NCBI GenBank assembly: GCA_016183305.1
Contig: JACPEW010000020.1
Location: forward strand, 4,247-68,246
Reading direction: 5' to 3'
Origin: Candidatus Daviesbacteria bacterium
GTDB taxonomy: Bacteria; Patescibacteriota; Microgenomatia; Daviesbacterales; UBA10151
Length of the DNA stretch: 64,000 nucleotides
In this document: positions 46,868 through 56,313 of the stretch, one piece after another
Layout: the number at the start of each line of letters is the position of its first letter
Numbering within the stretch: the stretch's first letter is position 1
Program-made: the position numbers and the translations under genes
The notes under the pieces: generated by a model
What the model saw: only the letters and a program-made list of their open reading frames with translations
Told to the model about the DNA's origin: nothing
Databases searched by the model: none

Positions 46868-48118
46868 ATGGAAAAATTAAGACAATTAAATCTGGGAAAA
46901 AGCGGGAAGGATAATCCCTTTAAAGTCAGAAAAGTTAAAAAAGTTTTGAAGAAGTTGTTTCCTTTATTGCTGGTAATTGGTATTTTAATATTAATTTCTT
47001 TCTTCTTAATTACCAGGTCAGGTACTACAACTTATGTCAATCTTAGCAAGATGTTGTCTGGTACATCTCTAAACTCTTCAGACGGAAAGGTTAATATATT
47101 GCTTTTAGGTATAGCAGGAGGCGCTCATGGTGGGGCAAATTTAACAGATACAATAATTGTTGCTTCTTATGATCTTAAAACTAACCAAGTTTACTTATTT
47201 TCTATTCCAAGAGATCTGTGGCTTCCTTCTTTTAAAAGTAAAGCCAATGCCATATACCAAATTGGTTTAACTCAAAATAATGGCTTAGGACTGGCTAAAA
47301 CTGTGATGGATAATATCGTTGGTTTGCCAATTCATTATGCTTTAAGGATAGATTTTAGAGGTTTTGTTCAAGTTATAGATGCTCTTGGTGGGATAGAAGT
47401 AATGGTGGAAAATTCATTTGATGATTATCTTTATCCAATACAAGGCAAAGAGAATGATTTATGTGGAAATGAAGAAAAAGAGATTGAATTTAGTGAAGAA
47501 GAGGCAGAAAAGCTTAATATCCCTTCAGGCAAAAGAACAGTTTTGATTACACCTGATGGCAGCATTGCTACTGATTCAGCAGAAGAAGATAAAGGGATTA
47601 AATATTATAGCTGCAGGTATGAACATATCAGCTTTAATAAAGGTAAAACTAGTATGAATGGGGCAATAGCTTTAAGTTTTGTTAGGTCAAGGCATGGTAC
47701 AAATGGTGAAGGTTCAGATTTTGCCAGGTCAAAAAGGCAGGAAAAAGTACTTGATGGAGTCAAAAGTAGAATATTCTCGCTTGAGGTTTTAGGTAACCCT
47801 GCTAAAATTTCAGAACTTTTAAAAACTTTTGATAAAAGTCTTGATACAGATATTTTAGCAAAAGATAGCTGGGAGCTTTATAAACTGTCCCGTAAAATGG
47901 ATAAAATTCACAGTTTTGTTTTAGATGATTCTCCAAGAACAGGTTTACCAAATAACAGAATCTCGCTTTTAGCTCATCCTAACCGCGGTGAATATGGAGG
48001 AGCCTATGTTTTAGTTTCTTTAGATGATGACTTTTCTTTAATACAAGGATATGTTAAAAACATACTCGAAGGGCAAATTTCAGAATATGAAGCTACTGCT
48101 TCTGCACGGTCCCGCTAA
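46868..48118 (+). CDS. LytR-CpsA-Psr (LCP) family protein
   Basis: TM anchor, NILLLGIAGG....LTDTIIVASYD, FSIPRDLW, GGIEV, ALSFVRSRHG. Confidence 0.8.
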   Translation: MEKLRQLNLGKSGKDNPFKVRKVKKVLKKLFPLLLVIGILILISFFLITRSGTTTYVNLSKMLSGTSLNSSDGKVNILLLGIAGGAHGGANLTDTIIVASYDLKTNQVYLFSIPRDLWLPSFKSKANAIYQIGLTQNNGLGLAKTVMDNIVGLPIHYALRIDFRGFVQVIDALGGIEVMVENSFDDYLYPIQGKENDLCGNEEKEIEFSEEEAEKLNIPSGKRTVLITPDGSIATDSAEEDKGIKYYSCRYEHISFNKGKTSMNGAIALSFVRSRHGTNGEGSDFARSKRQEKVLDGVKSRIFSLEVLGNPAKISELLKTFDKSLDTDILAKDSWELYKLSRKMDKIHSFVLDDSPRTGLPNNRISLLAHPNRGEYGGAYVLVSLDDDFSLIQGYVKNILEGQISEYEATASARSR

Positions 48119-48728
48119 AGTTGCCTCAAGGCAAAAGTTAATAGAGCTAAAACAAAAGTTTGATCAAAATGATATTGTAGTTTTTGAAGAAAGGGCAAAT
48201 ATTCAGGCAATGTTAGGTAGTTTATCTACTGCCTCTCTTTTTTCTGAGGAAAGATTAATTATTTTAGAAAACCCTTCAGAAGATTCTATTAACTATACCC
48301 TATACCCTATACCCTATACCCTAATATTGTGGTTTGATCATGAGGTAAACCCTAAAAAATGGCCTGGATTTGAGTGTCTGCTATTTTCAGAAGGCAGGGA
48401 AGTGTCTGTTTTTCCCTTTTTGGACTGTTTAGCAGAAGGCAGCAATAAAGCTTTTTTGGAAATAAATAAACTAAAAAAAGCTGGTTTTGAGATCCAATAT
48501 TTTATCACCATGGTTTTTTATTTACTGAGGAATCTGGCAGCTACCCCTAAAAATGCTCCACAATTTGTTAAGGACAAGCTCCAAAGACAAAGAAAAAACT
48601 TCTCCCAAGAAAAAATTACAAAACTATATAAAGAAATATTAGAAATTGATTTTAAAATTAAATCAGGTTTGTTAGAAAAAGACCAGGCAGGATTTCTGCT
48701 AATAAATAAGTTTGTTATCTCCAATTAA
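48087..48728 (+). CDS. possible DNA polymerase III delta subunit (HolA-like)
   Basis: MKLLLLHGP....QKLIELK N-terminus and size resemble minimal HolA. Weak call; start chosen at the second Met. Confidence 0.35.
   Translation: MKLLLLHGPAKVASRQKLIELKQKFDQNDIVVFEERANIQAMLGSLSTASLFSEERLIILENPSEDSINYTLYPIPYTLILWFDHEVNPKKWPGFECLLFSEGREVSVFPFLDCLAEGSNKAFLEINKLKKAGFEIQYFITMVFYLLRNLAATPKNAPQFVKDKLQRQRKNFSQEKITKLYKEILEIDFKIKSGLLEKDQAGFLLINKFVISN
48294..48321 (+). repeat. perfect (TATACCC)x4, 28 bp, inside the CDS
   Basis: tataccctataccctataccctataccc read directly; encodes YTLYPIPYTL. Confidence 0.98.
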
Positions 48729-48738
48729 ATACTATTGT

Positions 48739-49653
48739 TTACCGGGACCCTAAATCCTTAAGCTTTTGGGCCATTAAATCTAAATCTTTTTGATTAACAA
48801 CACCATCTTTATTTAAGTCAGCCTTATTATTTTTAGGATTATTACTGAAGTTTTGTAAAATAATTGCATTATCTGCTGAGTTTATTTTCCCATCACCGTT
48901 TAAATCATAATTTGGTGGAGGAGTCTCTTCTGGAGTAGTTAGATCTAAACTTTGTCCCAGTTTTATAGAAGGCAAAGGTAGTGTGTTGGCTGTTAATTTA
49001 GTTATTAAACTGGCTGATCCTTTATTTGAGATTATGGTAATTTTGGCAGTAGCATCTTCTGTTAAAGAATATATATCAGAAAGGTCATTTTTTCTAAGGT
49101 ATGAAAGAGGAATCAAGAAATTGCCTCCTGTTTTAATCAAGGCAGATTGCAGGTAAGCTCCGGTTACTGAAAGGTAAACAATACCTTCGTTTACAGGAGC
49201 AGTATCATCTAGTGCAGCCCCTATGATTGGAGTAAAACCAGTTTGACTAGCTAGAGATTTTGCTGTTTCAAAGCTTTTAAGCTCAGAAGTAACTTTACCT
49301 GAGGTAATTTTATATTGGTAACGGGCTTGGGGCAGTAAATTTTTTAAAGTTACATAATGGATCAGATGAGGCTTTGGAGCTGTATCCCGGTCATCCAAGG
49401 CTGTTTGTTCAGTTGGGTTCTCTTGACCAAAAGTTACAAAAGAGCTAGCAGGAGTATTGGTTTGCCAAGAAATAGTGACCGAATTTTCTGTTAAGTTTGT
49501 TAGAGTAATATTTTGCGGGGTTAAGTCTGGAGCAGCTTGACTTGTAAATATTTGTTCTTGTAAAACTAAATAGACTCCGCTTGCTAAACCTAAAAAAATT
49601 ATACTGAGCCCTAAAATAGTTGGAATCTTAAATCTGCTTAAAAAATCTGTCAT
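48739..49653 (-). CDS. secreted FN3-like plus dockerin-repeat protein
   Basis: PQNITLTNLTENSVTISWQT (FN3-like). C-terminal DLNGDGKINSADNAIIL and DLNKDGVVNQKDLDLM (dockerin/EF-hand-like repeats). Confidence 0.55.
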   Translation of the reverse strand: MTDFLSRFKIPTILGLSIIFLGLASGVYLVLQEQIFTSQAAPDLTPQNITLTNLTENSVTISWQTNTPASSFVTFGQENPTEQTALDDRDTAPKPHLIHYVTLKNLLPQARYQYKITSGKVTSELKSFETAKSLASQTGFTPIIGAALDDTAPVNEGIVYLSVTGAYLQSALIKTGGNFLIPLSYLRKNDLSDIYSLTEDATAKITIISNKGSASLITKLTANTLPLPSIKLGQSLDLTTPEETPPPNYDLNGDGKINSADNAIILQNFSNNPKNNKADLNKDGVVNQKDLDLMAQKLKDLGSR

Positions 49654-49826
49654 GGTGTAGATTGTATGCTTTTAATATTAAAATCCGGGCTAATTGGTTC
49701 AATTATGATTTGCAGCTGGGTAGGAATTTGAACCTGTGACCTGATATGGATTATATCAAATATTACCCAGGCCAAAATTGTAACAAATGTTAATATTGCA
49801 GCTATTAGCCACTCTTTTTTAGTCAT
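49650..49826 (-). CDS. small membrane protein (58 aa, below the ORF-track cutoff)
   Basis: ATG 49826, MTKKEWLIAAILTFVTILAWVIFDIIH.... The stop overlaps the ATG of the downstream gene (ATGA). Confidence 0.45.
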   Translation of the reverse strand: MTKKEWLIAAILTFVTILAWVIFDIIHIRSQVQIPTQLQIIIEPISPDFNIKSIQSTP

Positions 49827-49827
49827 A

Positions 49828-50433
49828 TTATTTTAGATAGTAAGCCTTTCCTGAAACTGACATAATTATGGTTGTTCCTTCGTTGGCTTTAGATAAAGAT
49901 AAATTATCTATAGAAAACAACCTATTGCTAGTTTGAAGATCTTGCAAGAGAGCAAGCAGGCTTGTATAGCTGCCTTCAGTGTTGAAGATAAAAGAAGCTT
50001 CGGCAATTGATCCTACCTGAACTTCATTTTTTGGTTCTAAAACCAGTGGTTGTATTTGTAATGCAGAGATTGATGCTTCGTTTCTTTTGGCTGTTTGTTC
50101 TAATGTTTGAATGATTGATTTTAAACTAACTGTATCAGGGATTAAAGCTGTAATCTTATCTTTAATATCCTGATCCATATTATCGTAATTTTCTTTACCC
50201 AAAGATAAATTATTGGCTTTTTGGGTAATCTTTTGTAAAACCTCGTTTGAATCAGCTAATTTTTTTTGTAGAACTAAAATCGTTTCAACGGTGGGTTTAA
50301 TAGCAAAAAATAACAGTATAGAGATAGTTAAAAGGCTAAATATTGTCGGCCCGTAATTTTTAACAATTGGGAGTTTGGTAACTGGTTTAATATATGTAAA
50401 ATATTTAGAATAAAGATTCGATTCGTTTCTCAT
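49828..50433 (-). CDS. PilO-like type IV pilus assembly protein
   Basis: TM helix, then a coiled-coil and a ferredoxin-like C-terminus. Overlaps the upstream PilN-like gene by 4 nt. Confidence 0.4.
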   Translation of the reverse strand: MRNESNLYSKYFTYIKPVTKLPIVKNYGPTIFSLLTISILLFFAIKPTVETILVLQKKLADSNEVLQKITQKANNLSLGKENYDNMDQDIKDKITALIPDTVSLKSIIQTLEQTAKRNEASISALQIQPLVLEPKNEVQVGSIAEASFIFNTEGSYTSLLALLQDLQTSNRLFSIDNLSLSKANEGTTIIMSVSGKAYYLK

Positions 50434-51014
50434 ATGACTTGTTGTTTAAAACCAGTTGCTTTAGCTGTTGCGTCAAGACTAAATTTAATTACTCCTTGTT
50501 CTAAACCAGCATTAACAAGGGTAACATTACTAAATGTTGTATCGCTTTTTAATCCAGCAATAAAACTCATTAAATCATTATTTTGAGGGGTTTGACCAGC
50601 AATACGAACTTTACCGCTATTTATTTGTTTTTCGATATTGATTGCAGTAATTTTAACACTGGTAGGTATCTGGTCAGCAATTTTTTTTAAAATTGCTGAC
50701 CAGTCAGGGGAATTTGTTTTGGTGTTATCAATAGTTGCTAGTTTAAGTTGGGTCTGTCTAATTAGAACTTCGTAAGCTTTTAGGCTTTCAATATAAGGAA
50801 TTTGTTCCTCAATAGCTTCTTTATCGGCTGCAAGGTCTGCATCTAATTTAAATCTGGCTCCAAAGGCAATTAATACCAAGGCCTCAACAAATACAAAAAT
50901 GTATCTGCCCGATAAAAGCAGCCAACGGAAGAGTTTAACAGGTAATTTTTCTGGATTACTTTGAGGTTTAAGTAAATTAAGCTTGATTGTTAGCTTAGGC
51001 TTAGGTTTGGGCAT
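50430..51014 (-). CDS. PilN-like type IV pilus assembly protein
   Basis: Basic N-terminus, single TM (YIFVFVEALVLIAFGA), coiled-coil periplasmic part. Confidence 0.4.
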   Translation of the reverse strand: MPKPKPKLTIKLNLLKPQSNPEKLPVKLFRWLLLSGRYIFVFVEALVLIAFGARFKLDADLAADKEAIEEQIPYIESLKAYEVLIRQTQLKLATIDNTKTNSPDWSAILKKIADQIPTSVKITAINIEKQINSGKVRIAGQTPQNNDLMSFIAGLKSDTTFSNVTLVNAGLEQGVIKFSLDATAKATGFKQQVI

Positions 51015-51057
51015 ATTAATATTGTACAGCGATAAGGAATTGAGGTATAGAGGTGAA

Positions 51058-51291
51058 TTATTTCACGCCTTTTGATAATCTTGACTTTAATCTAGAGGCC
51101 TTATTCTTATGAATAAGATTTACTTTGGTGGCCTTATCTAAAGCAGAAAAAACAACTTGTAAATCTTTTGTGGCTCTACTTGTCCTTACTTTTTTAATAG
51201 CAGATTTTAAAGCTAGCTCCCGTTTTTTATTGCGGGCTGTTCGAGTTTTATCTTTCCGTACCTTTTTAATTGCTGATTTAATGATTGGCAT
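51058..51291 (-). CDS. rpsT: 30S ribosomal protein bS20
   Basis: MPIIKSAIKKVRKDKTRTARNKK... typical bS20. Confidence 0.9.
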   Translation of the reverse strand: MPIIKSAIKKVRKDKTRTARNKKRELALKSAIKKVRTSRATKDLQVVFSALDKATKVNLIHKNKASRLKSRLSKGVK

Positions 51292-51351
51292 GCTCAGTAT
51301 AGTATCACAAGCGTCTATTATAAAGCAAGTTTATCTACTATAATATTTTAA

Positions 51352-52986
51352 ATGGTTAAGAATTTATTCTCTCTTCTTTATTCAAGACAAACATCAATTT
51401 TATCAGGTGCCACCATCATTATGCTAACTATGCTGGTAGCAAAAGTGCTTGGATTGTTAAAAGACCGTTTGCTGGCCCAGTTTTTTTCTCCTGACACTAT
51501 TGATATTTTTTGGGCAGCTTTTAGATTGCCAGACTTGATTTTTCAAATAGCAATACTGGGGGCTTTATCAGTAGCTTTTATCCCGGTATTTATTGAACTA
51601 AATGAAAATAAAGGCAAAGAAGAAGCTTTTGATCTTTCCAGAGCAATCTTAAATTTATGTTTGCTTACTTTTACTGCTGCATCAATTCTTATTTTTATTT
51701 TTGCTGAACCAATTATTACTTATTTTATAGCGCCGGGTTTTCCTTTTGCTAAACAACAACAAGTAATTGAACTTACAAGGATTATTATCTTTGGTCAGAT
51801 CATCCTGGTTTTTGGGGCATTTTTTATTGGTATTTTGCAATCTTTCCAAAAATTTATTATTCCAGCTTTTGCTCCTGTTTTTTATAACTTAGGAATTATT
51901 TTAGGAATAGTATTTTTATCTGGCTCAATGGGTATTAAAGGGGCAGCAATTGGGGTAATCATTGGTGCTATCTTGCATGCTTTAATCCAGTTACCGCTTA
52001 TTTTATCAGTCGGGTTTAGATTTAAATTGCCTCTAAAACTTTTTCATCCTGGGGTAAAAGAAATAATGAAACTAATGAGTGTCAGGACAATCGGACTGGC
52101 TGCAGAACAGATTAACGAAACAGTTGGTTTAAGGTTTGCCTCTTTAATTTCAGCTGGTTCTTATACATACCTTACTTTTGCGCAACACTTGCAAGTTGCT
52201 CCAATAGGTTTGTTTGGAGCAGCTTTAGCCCAGGCTGCTTTACCAGTTCTAGCCTCAGAAAAAGCCCGGGGTAAAATTGAGGAATTTAAAATTACTTTAA
52301 TTACTACTTTGCACCAAATCCTTTTTTTAACCTTGCCTGCAGCAGCTATTTTAATTGTGATTAGGATTCCAGTTGTCAGACTTATTTTTGGTGCAAGTAA
52401 ATTTGATTGGGAGGCAACTGTTTCAACCGGGGCAACATTGGCTTTTTTATCTATTGGCCTGGCTGCGCAAGCAGTGTCCCTTCTTTTAGTCAGAGGTTTT
52501 TATGCAATTAAAGACACTAAAACTCCCGTAATAGTTTCCTTGATTGTTGTTTTTGTAAACATTGTTTTAATTTATTACTTTATAACTATTTTAAGGTTAG
52601 ATGTGTGGGGAATAGGTCTAGCAAACTCGATCGCTGCAATTTTATCTGGAGTGCTGCTTTTTTCCGGCCTCCACTTTAAAATAGGCAAGTTTGACTTAAG
52701 GAGTGTGGTTTTGCCCTTTGCCAAAATGCTGATGGCCACTGTAATTATGGGTATGGCTTTATATATCCCAATAAAGCTTTTGGATCAGGTAATTTTTGAT
52801 ACGACCAAAACTATAAATCTGCTGATTTTAACTGGTTTATCTTCTATATTTGCTATAACAGTATACTTTGTTTTAGTTTGGTTTTTAAAAGTACGGGAGC
52901 TGGAAACCTATATTGAACTATTAAAAAGAATTGGTAATTTTCCCACAAAACTTAAGTCCAAAGAAATGCTGCAAGATACTGTTTAG
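51352..52986 (+). CDS. murJ: lipid II flippase MurJ
   Basis: 544 aa, 14 TM. GLLKDRLLAQFFS, AFRLPDLIFQ..ILGALSVAFIPVF pattern of MviN/MurJ. Confidence 0.85.
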   Translation: MVKNLFSLLYSRQTSILSGATIIMLTMLVAKVLGLLKDRLLAQFFSPDTIDIFWAAFRLPDLIFQIAILGALSVAFIPVFIELNENKGKEEAFDLSRAILNLCLLTFTAASILIFIFAEPIITYFIAPGFPFAKQQQVIELTRIIIFGQIILVFGAFFIGILQSFQKFIIPAFAPVFYNLGIILGIVFLSGSMGIKGAAIGVIIGAILHALIQLPLILSVGFRFKLPLKLFHPGVKEIMKLMSVRTIGLAAEQINETVGLRFASLISAGSYTYLTFAQHLQVAPIGLFGAALAQAALPVLASEKARGKIEEFKITLITTLHQILFLTLPAAAILIVIRIPVVRLIFGASKFDWEATVSTGATLAFLSIGLAAQAVSLLLVRGFYAIKDTKTPVIVSLIVVFVNIVLIYYFITILRLDVWGIGLANSIAAILSGVLLFSGLHFKIGKFDLRSVVLPFAKMLMATVIMGMALYIPIKLLDQVIFDTTKTINLLILTGLSSIFAITVYFVLVWFLKVRELETYIELLKRIGNFPTKLKSKEMLQDTV

Positions 52987-52998
52987 TATAATACCTTC

Positions 52999-54771
52999 AT
53001 GAATATACGGAATTTCTCAATAATTGCTCATGTTGATCATGGCAAATCAACCTTAGCAGATAGGTTGCTGGAAATAACTGGTACTATACCTAAAGATAAG
53101 CTGCAGCCTCAGCTTCTAGATTCTTTGGCTTTGGAACGTGAACGCGGTATTACTATTAAGCTTGCTCCTGTCCGTATGTCTTACATTCTGAATTCTGAAT
53201 TATACATTCTAAATTTAATTGATACTCCTGGCCATGTTGACTTCTCCTATGAAGTTTCCAGGGCTTTGGCAGCAGTAGAAGGAGCGATATTGTTAGTTGA
53301 TGCTACTCAGGGAATTCAGGCTCAAACTCTGGCTCATGGTTTAGCTGCTTTAGAGCAAAACCTAACTTTGATACCTGTTATTAATAAAATCGATTTACCA
53401 AATGCTGATATAGAAAATACCAAAAATCAACTGATGGAAACTTTTGGTTTTTCTGATGAAGAAATACTGCTTGTTTCTGGTAAGACTGGTCAGGGTGTGG
53501 ATAAATTACTAGAGATAATTGTAACTAAGGTTCCGCCGCCAAAGCAGGAAATAGGAAATGCTTTAAGAGCTTTAATTTTTGATTCATTTTTTGACAGCTT
53601 CAAAGGAGTAGTTGCCCAAGTTAGGATTGTAGAAGGCCAAACTCCGCCAAATCAAACTCCAATTGTATTTTTAGGTACAAAAGCGTCGGGGTATGTTTTA
53701 GAAAGTGGTTTTTTTGCTCCGCAGTTAACACCGGAAAATGGTTTAAAATCAGGCGAGATAGGCTATATTGCTACAGGGATTAAAGAGCCAGATTTAGTAA
53801 GAGTTGGTGACACTATTGCCACAGATTTTTCTTCTCAGCCTTTGCCTGGATACAAGCAAGTAAAACCAATGGTTTTTGTGGGGCTTTTCCCAATAGATGC
53901 AGATAAATATTTTGAACTTAAAGAAGTGCTGGGAAAATTTAAGTTAACTGATCCAGCTTTTTCTTATCTGCCGGAACAGTCACAAGCTTTGGGAGCAGGT
54001 TTTAGATGCGGGTTTTTAGGTTTGCTTCATGCTGAAGTTGTTCAGGAAAGATTATCTAAAGAGTTTAATATGGATGTGCTGGCTACTGCTCCCTCAGTAG
54101 AATATTTGCTGGATGATCAGCCAATTACTTCGCCTACTGAACTTACCGAGGGAGACAATACTAAAAATCTAAAAGAGCCTTGGGTAAACCTTAGGATCTT
54201 TGTACCACAAACTTATATTGGTCCAGTTATGGAATTAGTGCAGGATAAAAGAGGAAAGTTTTTAGATATGCAGCATTTTGGGTTACAAGTTGAGTTAAGT
54301 TATGAAATGCCTTTATCTGAGATGGTGACTAATTTTTATGATAAACTAAAATCAGTTTCCTCAGGTTTTGCTTCTTTGGATTGGGCATTGATAGATTTTA
54401 GGGAGGTAAATGCAGTAAGGGTAGATATCATGGTGGGAGGAGAAAAAGTAGATGCCCTGTCTTCTATTATTTTTAAGCCTAAGGCAGAAAGTTTTGGCAG
54501 GCAGATAGTGGAGAAATTAAAAGAAGTTTTACCCAGGCAAAATTTTTCAGTAGCAATACAGGCTGCTATTGGGGGAACTATTATTGCCAGAGAGACAATT
54601 TCACCATTTAGAAAAGATGTTTTGATGCATGGTAGCAAGGTCGTTGGCGGAGGGGACTACAGCCGCAAGAGAAAACTTTTGGAAAAACAGAAAAAAGGCA
54701 AAAAGAAAATGAAAATGATCGGTAAAGTGGAAATCCCCCAAGAGGCGTTCTTGTCAATTCTTAAGAGTTAG
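52999..54771 (+). CDS. lepA: translation elongation factor 4
   Basis: IRNFSIIAHVDHGKSTLADR, DTPGHVDF, NKIDL and the LepA C-terminal domain. Confidence 0.95.
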   Translation: MNIRNFSIIAHVDHGKSTLADRLLEITGTIPKDKLQPQLLDSLALERERGITIKLAPVRMSYILNSELYILNLIDTPGHVDFSYEVSRALAAVEGAILLVDATQGIQAQTLAHGLAALEQNLTLIPVINKIDLPNADIENTKNQLMETFGFSDEEILLVSGKTGQGVDKLLEIIVTKVPPPKQEIGNALRALIFDSFFDSFKGVVAQVRIVEGQTPPNQTPIVFLGTKASGYVLESGFFAPQLTPENGLKSGEIGYIATGIKEPDLVRVGDTIATDFSSQPLPGYKQVKPMVFVGLFPIDADKYFELKEVLGKFKLTDPAFSYLPEQSQALGAGFRCGFLGLLHAEVVQERLSKEFNMDVLATAPSVEYLLDDQPITSPTELTEGDNTKNLKEPWVNLRIFVPQTYIGPVMELVQDKRGKFLDMQHFGLQVELSYEMPLSEMVTNFYDKLKSVSSGFASLDWALIDFREVNAVRVDIMVGGEKVDALSSIIFKPKAESFGRQIVEKLKEVLPRQNFSVAIQAAIGGTIIARETISPFRKDVLMHGSKVVGGGDYSRKRKLLEKQKKGKKKMKMIGKVEIPQEAFLSILKS

Positions 54772-54778
54772 ATTAGGT

Positions 54779-55462
54779 CTAGTTAACGAATTTAAAAGTT
54801 GAGACCAGCACACCAAACTGATCTTCATCTTCTTTATATAAGAGACTGCCAGAAGTAATTGTATATATTAAGTTCTTGTTCTTTATAAACACTAATTTAG
54901 ATTTATAACCTTTTGGTAGTGGCGAACCTTTGGTCTGAAAATACGATTTCTGCTTCCTTATGATTTCGTCTGTAACTTCATAGTCGACCGCGACAGCGCT
55001 ACGTCCATCAACTAAAATATCATGGTAATTTTGATCTGGTAAAAATTCTATATAAGGTTTAAGACCGCTTTTTTTAACATAATCCTTAACATTGACATCT
55101 TGATCTAACTTGTTTACATTTATTGAAATTTCTATATTGTAAAGTTGATTATCAGTTTGTGAGCCTCCCGGGGGTATAAATTTTATCCATCCATATTGGT
55201 ATGTATCATCAATAGGACTGTATCCTTCCTGAAAAGTACTGTCCTTAGGATATTTAAATGCAAAATTAAATCTTGGATTTAAATAAATATGCCACCCTTT
55301 AGTCTTAGGATTTTCTATTTTTTGATCCCATAAAATTTGAGGTTGTTTATATAAATTGGGGGTTGTCCATTTATAATAGCTGAAGCCTAAATAAAAACTT
55401 ACCGGTGATAAAACCAATAGTATTCCAATTAAAATAATTTTATTTTTATTATATTTTTTCAT
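54779..55462 (-). CDS. hypothetical anchored protein (slot-1 cargo of the lepA-ldcA array)
   Basis: 227 aa, N-terminal TM, C-terminal ...LVSTFKFVN; paralog of 39407..40057. Confidence 0.45.
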   Translation of the reverse strand: MKKYNKNKIILIGILLVLSPVSFYLGFSYYKWTTPNLYKQPQILWDQKIENPKTKGWHIYLNPRFNFAFKYPKDSTFQEGYSPIDDTYQYGWIKFIPPGGSQTDNQLYNIEISINVNKLDQDVNVKDYVKKSGLKPYIEFLPDQNYHDILVDGRSAVAVDYEVTDEIIRKQKSYFQTKGSPLPKGYKSKLVFIKNKNLIYTITSGSLLYKEDEDQFGVLVSTFKFVN

Positions 55463-55502
55463 CTATTTTATAGTAGCATTATTTTAAAGTAATTACAAAA
55501 TT

Positions 55503-55590
55503 TTGTATAATACTTCCATAAAATTAGTAAAGCCGTCTAAATTAAATATTGGGAGTACTGTTGAAATTGTAGCTCTTTCTTTGCCAACAC
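55503..55590 (+). pseudogene. diverged fragment of the ldcA promoter and 5' end (copy 1)
   Basis: ttgtataat...ATA AAA TTA GTA AAG CCG TCT AAA TTA AAT ATT GGG AGT ACT GTT... aligns base-for-base with 58577..58664. ATG is replaced by ATA. Confidence 0.8.
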
Positions 55591-55595
55591 GAAAG

Positions 55596-55856
55596 CTAAT
55601 TGTATGTTTGGGTGGTACAGCGTTTGATATCAACAATTAAGATAACTTTAATAGTAAGGTCAATATCTAAGAAGATTCTGTAGTTGCCAGTTCTAATTCT
55701 GTGGCTAGTTTGATGAGGAGGTTTAAGCTTTTTAATATCTAAACTAAAAGGATTCTGCTTTATCTTTCCAAAAAAGGTCTTAATATACACTTGATCTTTT
55801 GACGGAAACCTCTTGAAGGACTTGACTGCATTTTTGGAAAAGTTTATCTGGAACAC
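55596..55856 (-). CDS. relE: RelE/ParE-family toxin
   Basis: ...HRIRTGNYRIFLDIDLTIKVILIVDIKRCTTQTY, the typical RelE/StbE C-terminal half. Confidence 0.7.
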   Translation of the reverse strand: MFQINFSKNAVKSFKRFPSKDQVYIKTFFGKIKQNPFSLDIKKLKPPHQTSHRIRTGNYRIFLDIDLTIKVILIVDIKRCTTQTYN

Positions 55857-55857
55857 T

Positions 55858-56160
55858 CTAGATGTCTAGTTCTTCCCATATTTTTTCTGCGGGGATGCCA
55901 CCATGCTTTTTTACATCAGCTAGAGCTTTATTTAATTTTTTGACAAACTTTGGATCATAGTCTGCCAGGTCATCTTTTAATTCCTTGATTCTTATATACG
56001 TTTCAATATCTACTAAAACCCCTTTTGGCTTGCCATTTTGAGTTATTACCATTTCTTTTTCTTTTGGTAATTTGCTTAAGATATCAGTGAGCTGCTTTCT
56101 TAGATCATCAGCACCGATAAATTTTTTGTCCAGTAATGAATACAGATTAATTGTTTGCAT
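55858..56160 (-). CDS. Phd/YefM-family antitoxin
   Basis: 100 aa, DDLRKQLTDILSKL.....VITQNGKPKGVLV; stop abuts the toxin start. Confidence 0.7.
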   Translation of the reverse strand: MQTINLYSLLDKKFIGADDLRKQLTDILSKLPKEKEMVITQNGKPKGVLVDIETYIRIKELKDDLADYDPKFVKKLNKALADVKKHGGIPAEKIWEELDI

Positions 56161-56243
56161 TAGGATATCATAACATATTCCTTAGGATTGTAAAGAATTA
56201 AATTTGCACAGGGCTTTAAATAGCGAGCGTCATATCTAATAAA

Positions 56244-56288
56244 GTGAAAATATCCCAAGAAGCATTTTTAAGTATCCTCAAGAGTTGA
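56244..56288 (+). pseudogene. diverged fragment of the lepA 3' end (copy 2)
   Basis: Encodes VKISQEAFLSILKS-stop versus VEIPQEAFLSILKS-stop of lepA (54727..54771). About 30/45 nt identical, with most differences synonymous. Confidence 0.8.
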
Positions 56289-56292
56289 CAAG

Positions 56293-56313
56293 TAATGTAT
56301 AATGTATAATGTA
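56293..56313 (+). repeat. (TAATGTA)x3 between a TTGACA box and the vapB start
   Basis: ttgaca(56285..56290)-ag-taatgta-taatgta-taatgta, with the last 'a' being the A of ATG 56313. Confidence 0.95.

Noticed and set aside
49695-49750. tRNA-like T-arm string (ggttcaaattcc on the minus strand) with flanking 7-bp inverted repeat ctgggta/tacccag
   Set aside because: The total length between the inverted repeats is about 57 nt. The T-stem does not pair and no D-arm or anticodon arm can be drawn. The region is better explained as part of the 58-aa membrane ORF.
53182-53216. Heptamer-like periodicity (tacattc tgaattc tgaatta tacattc taaattt) in lepA as another inserted 28-bp block
   Set aside because: The encoded segment (YILNSELYILN) occupies the same length as the corresponding E. 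coli LepA segment before DTPGH, so there is no insertion. The pattern may be a chance or partial internal duplication.
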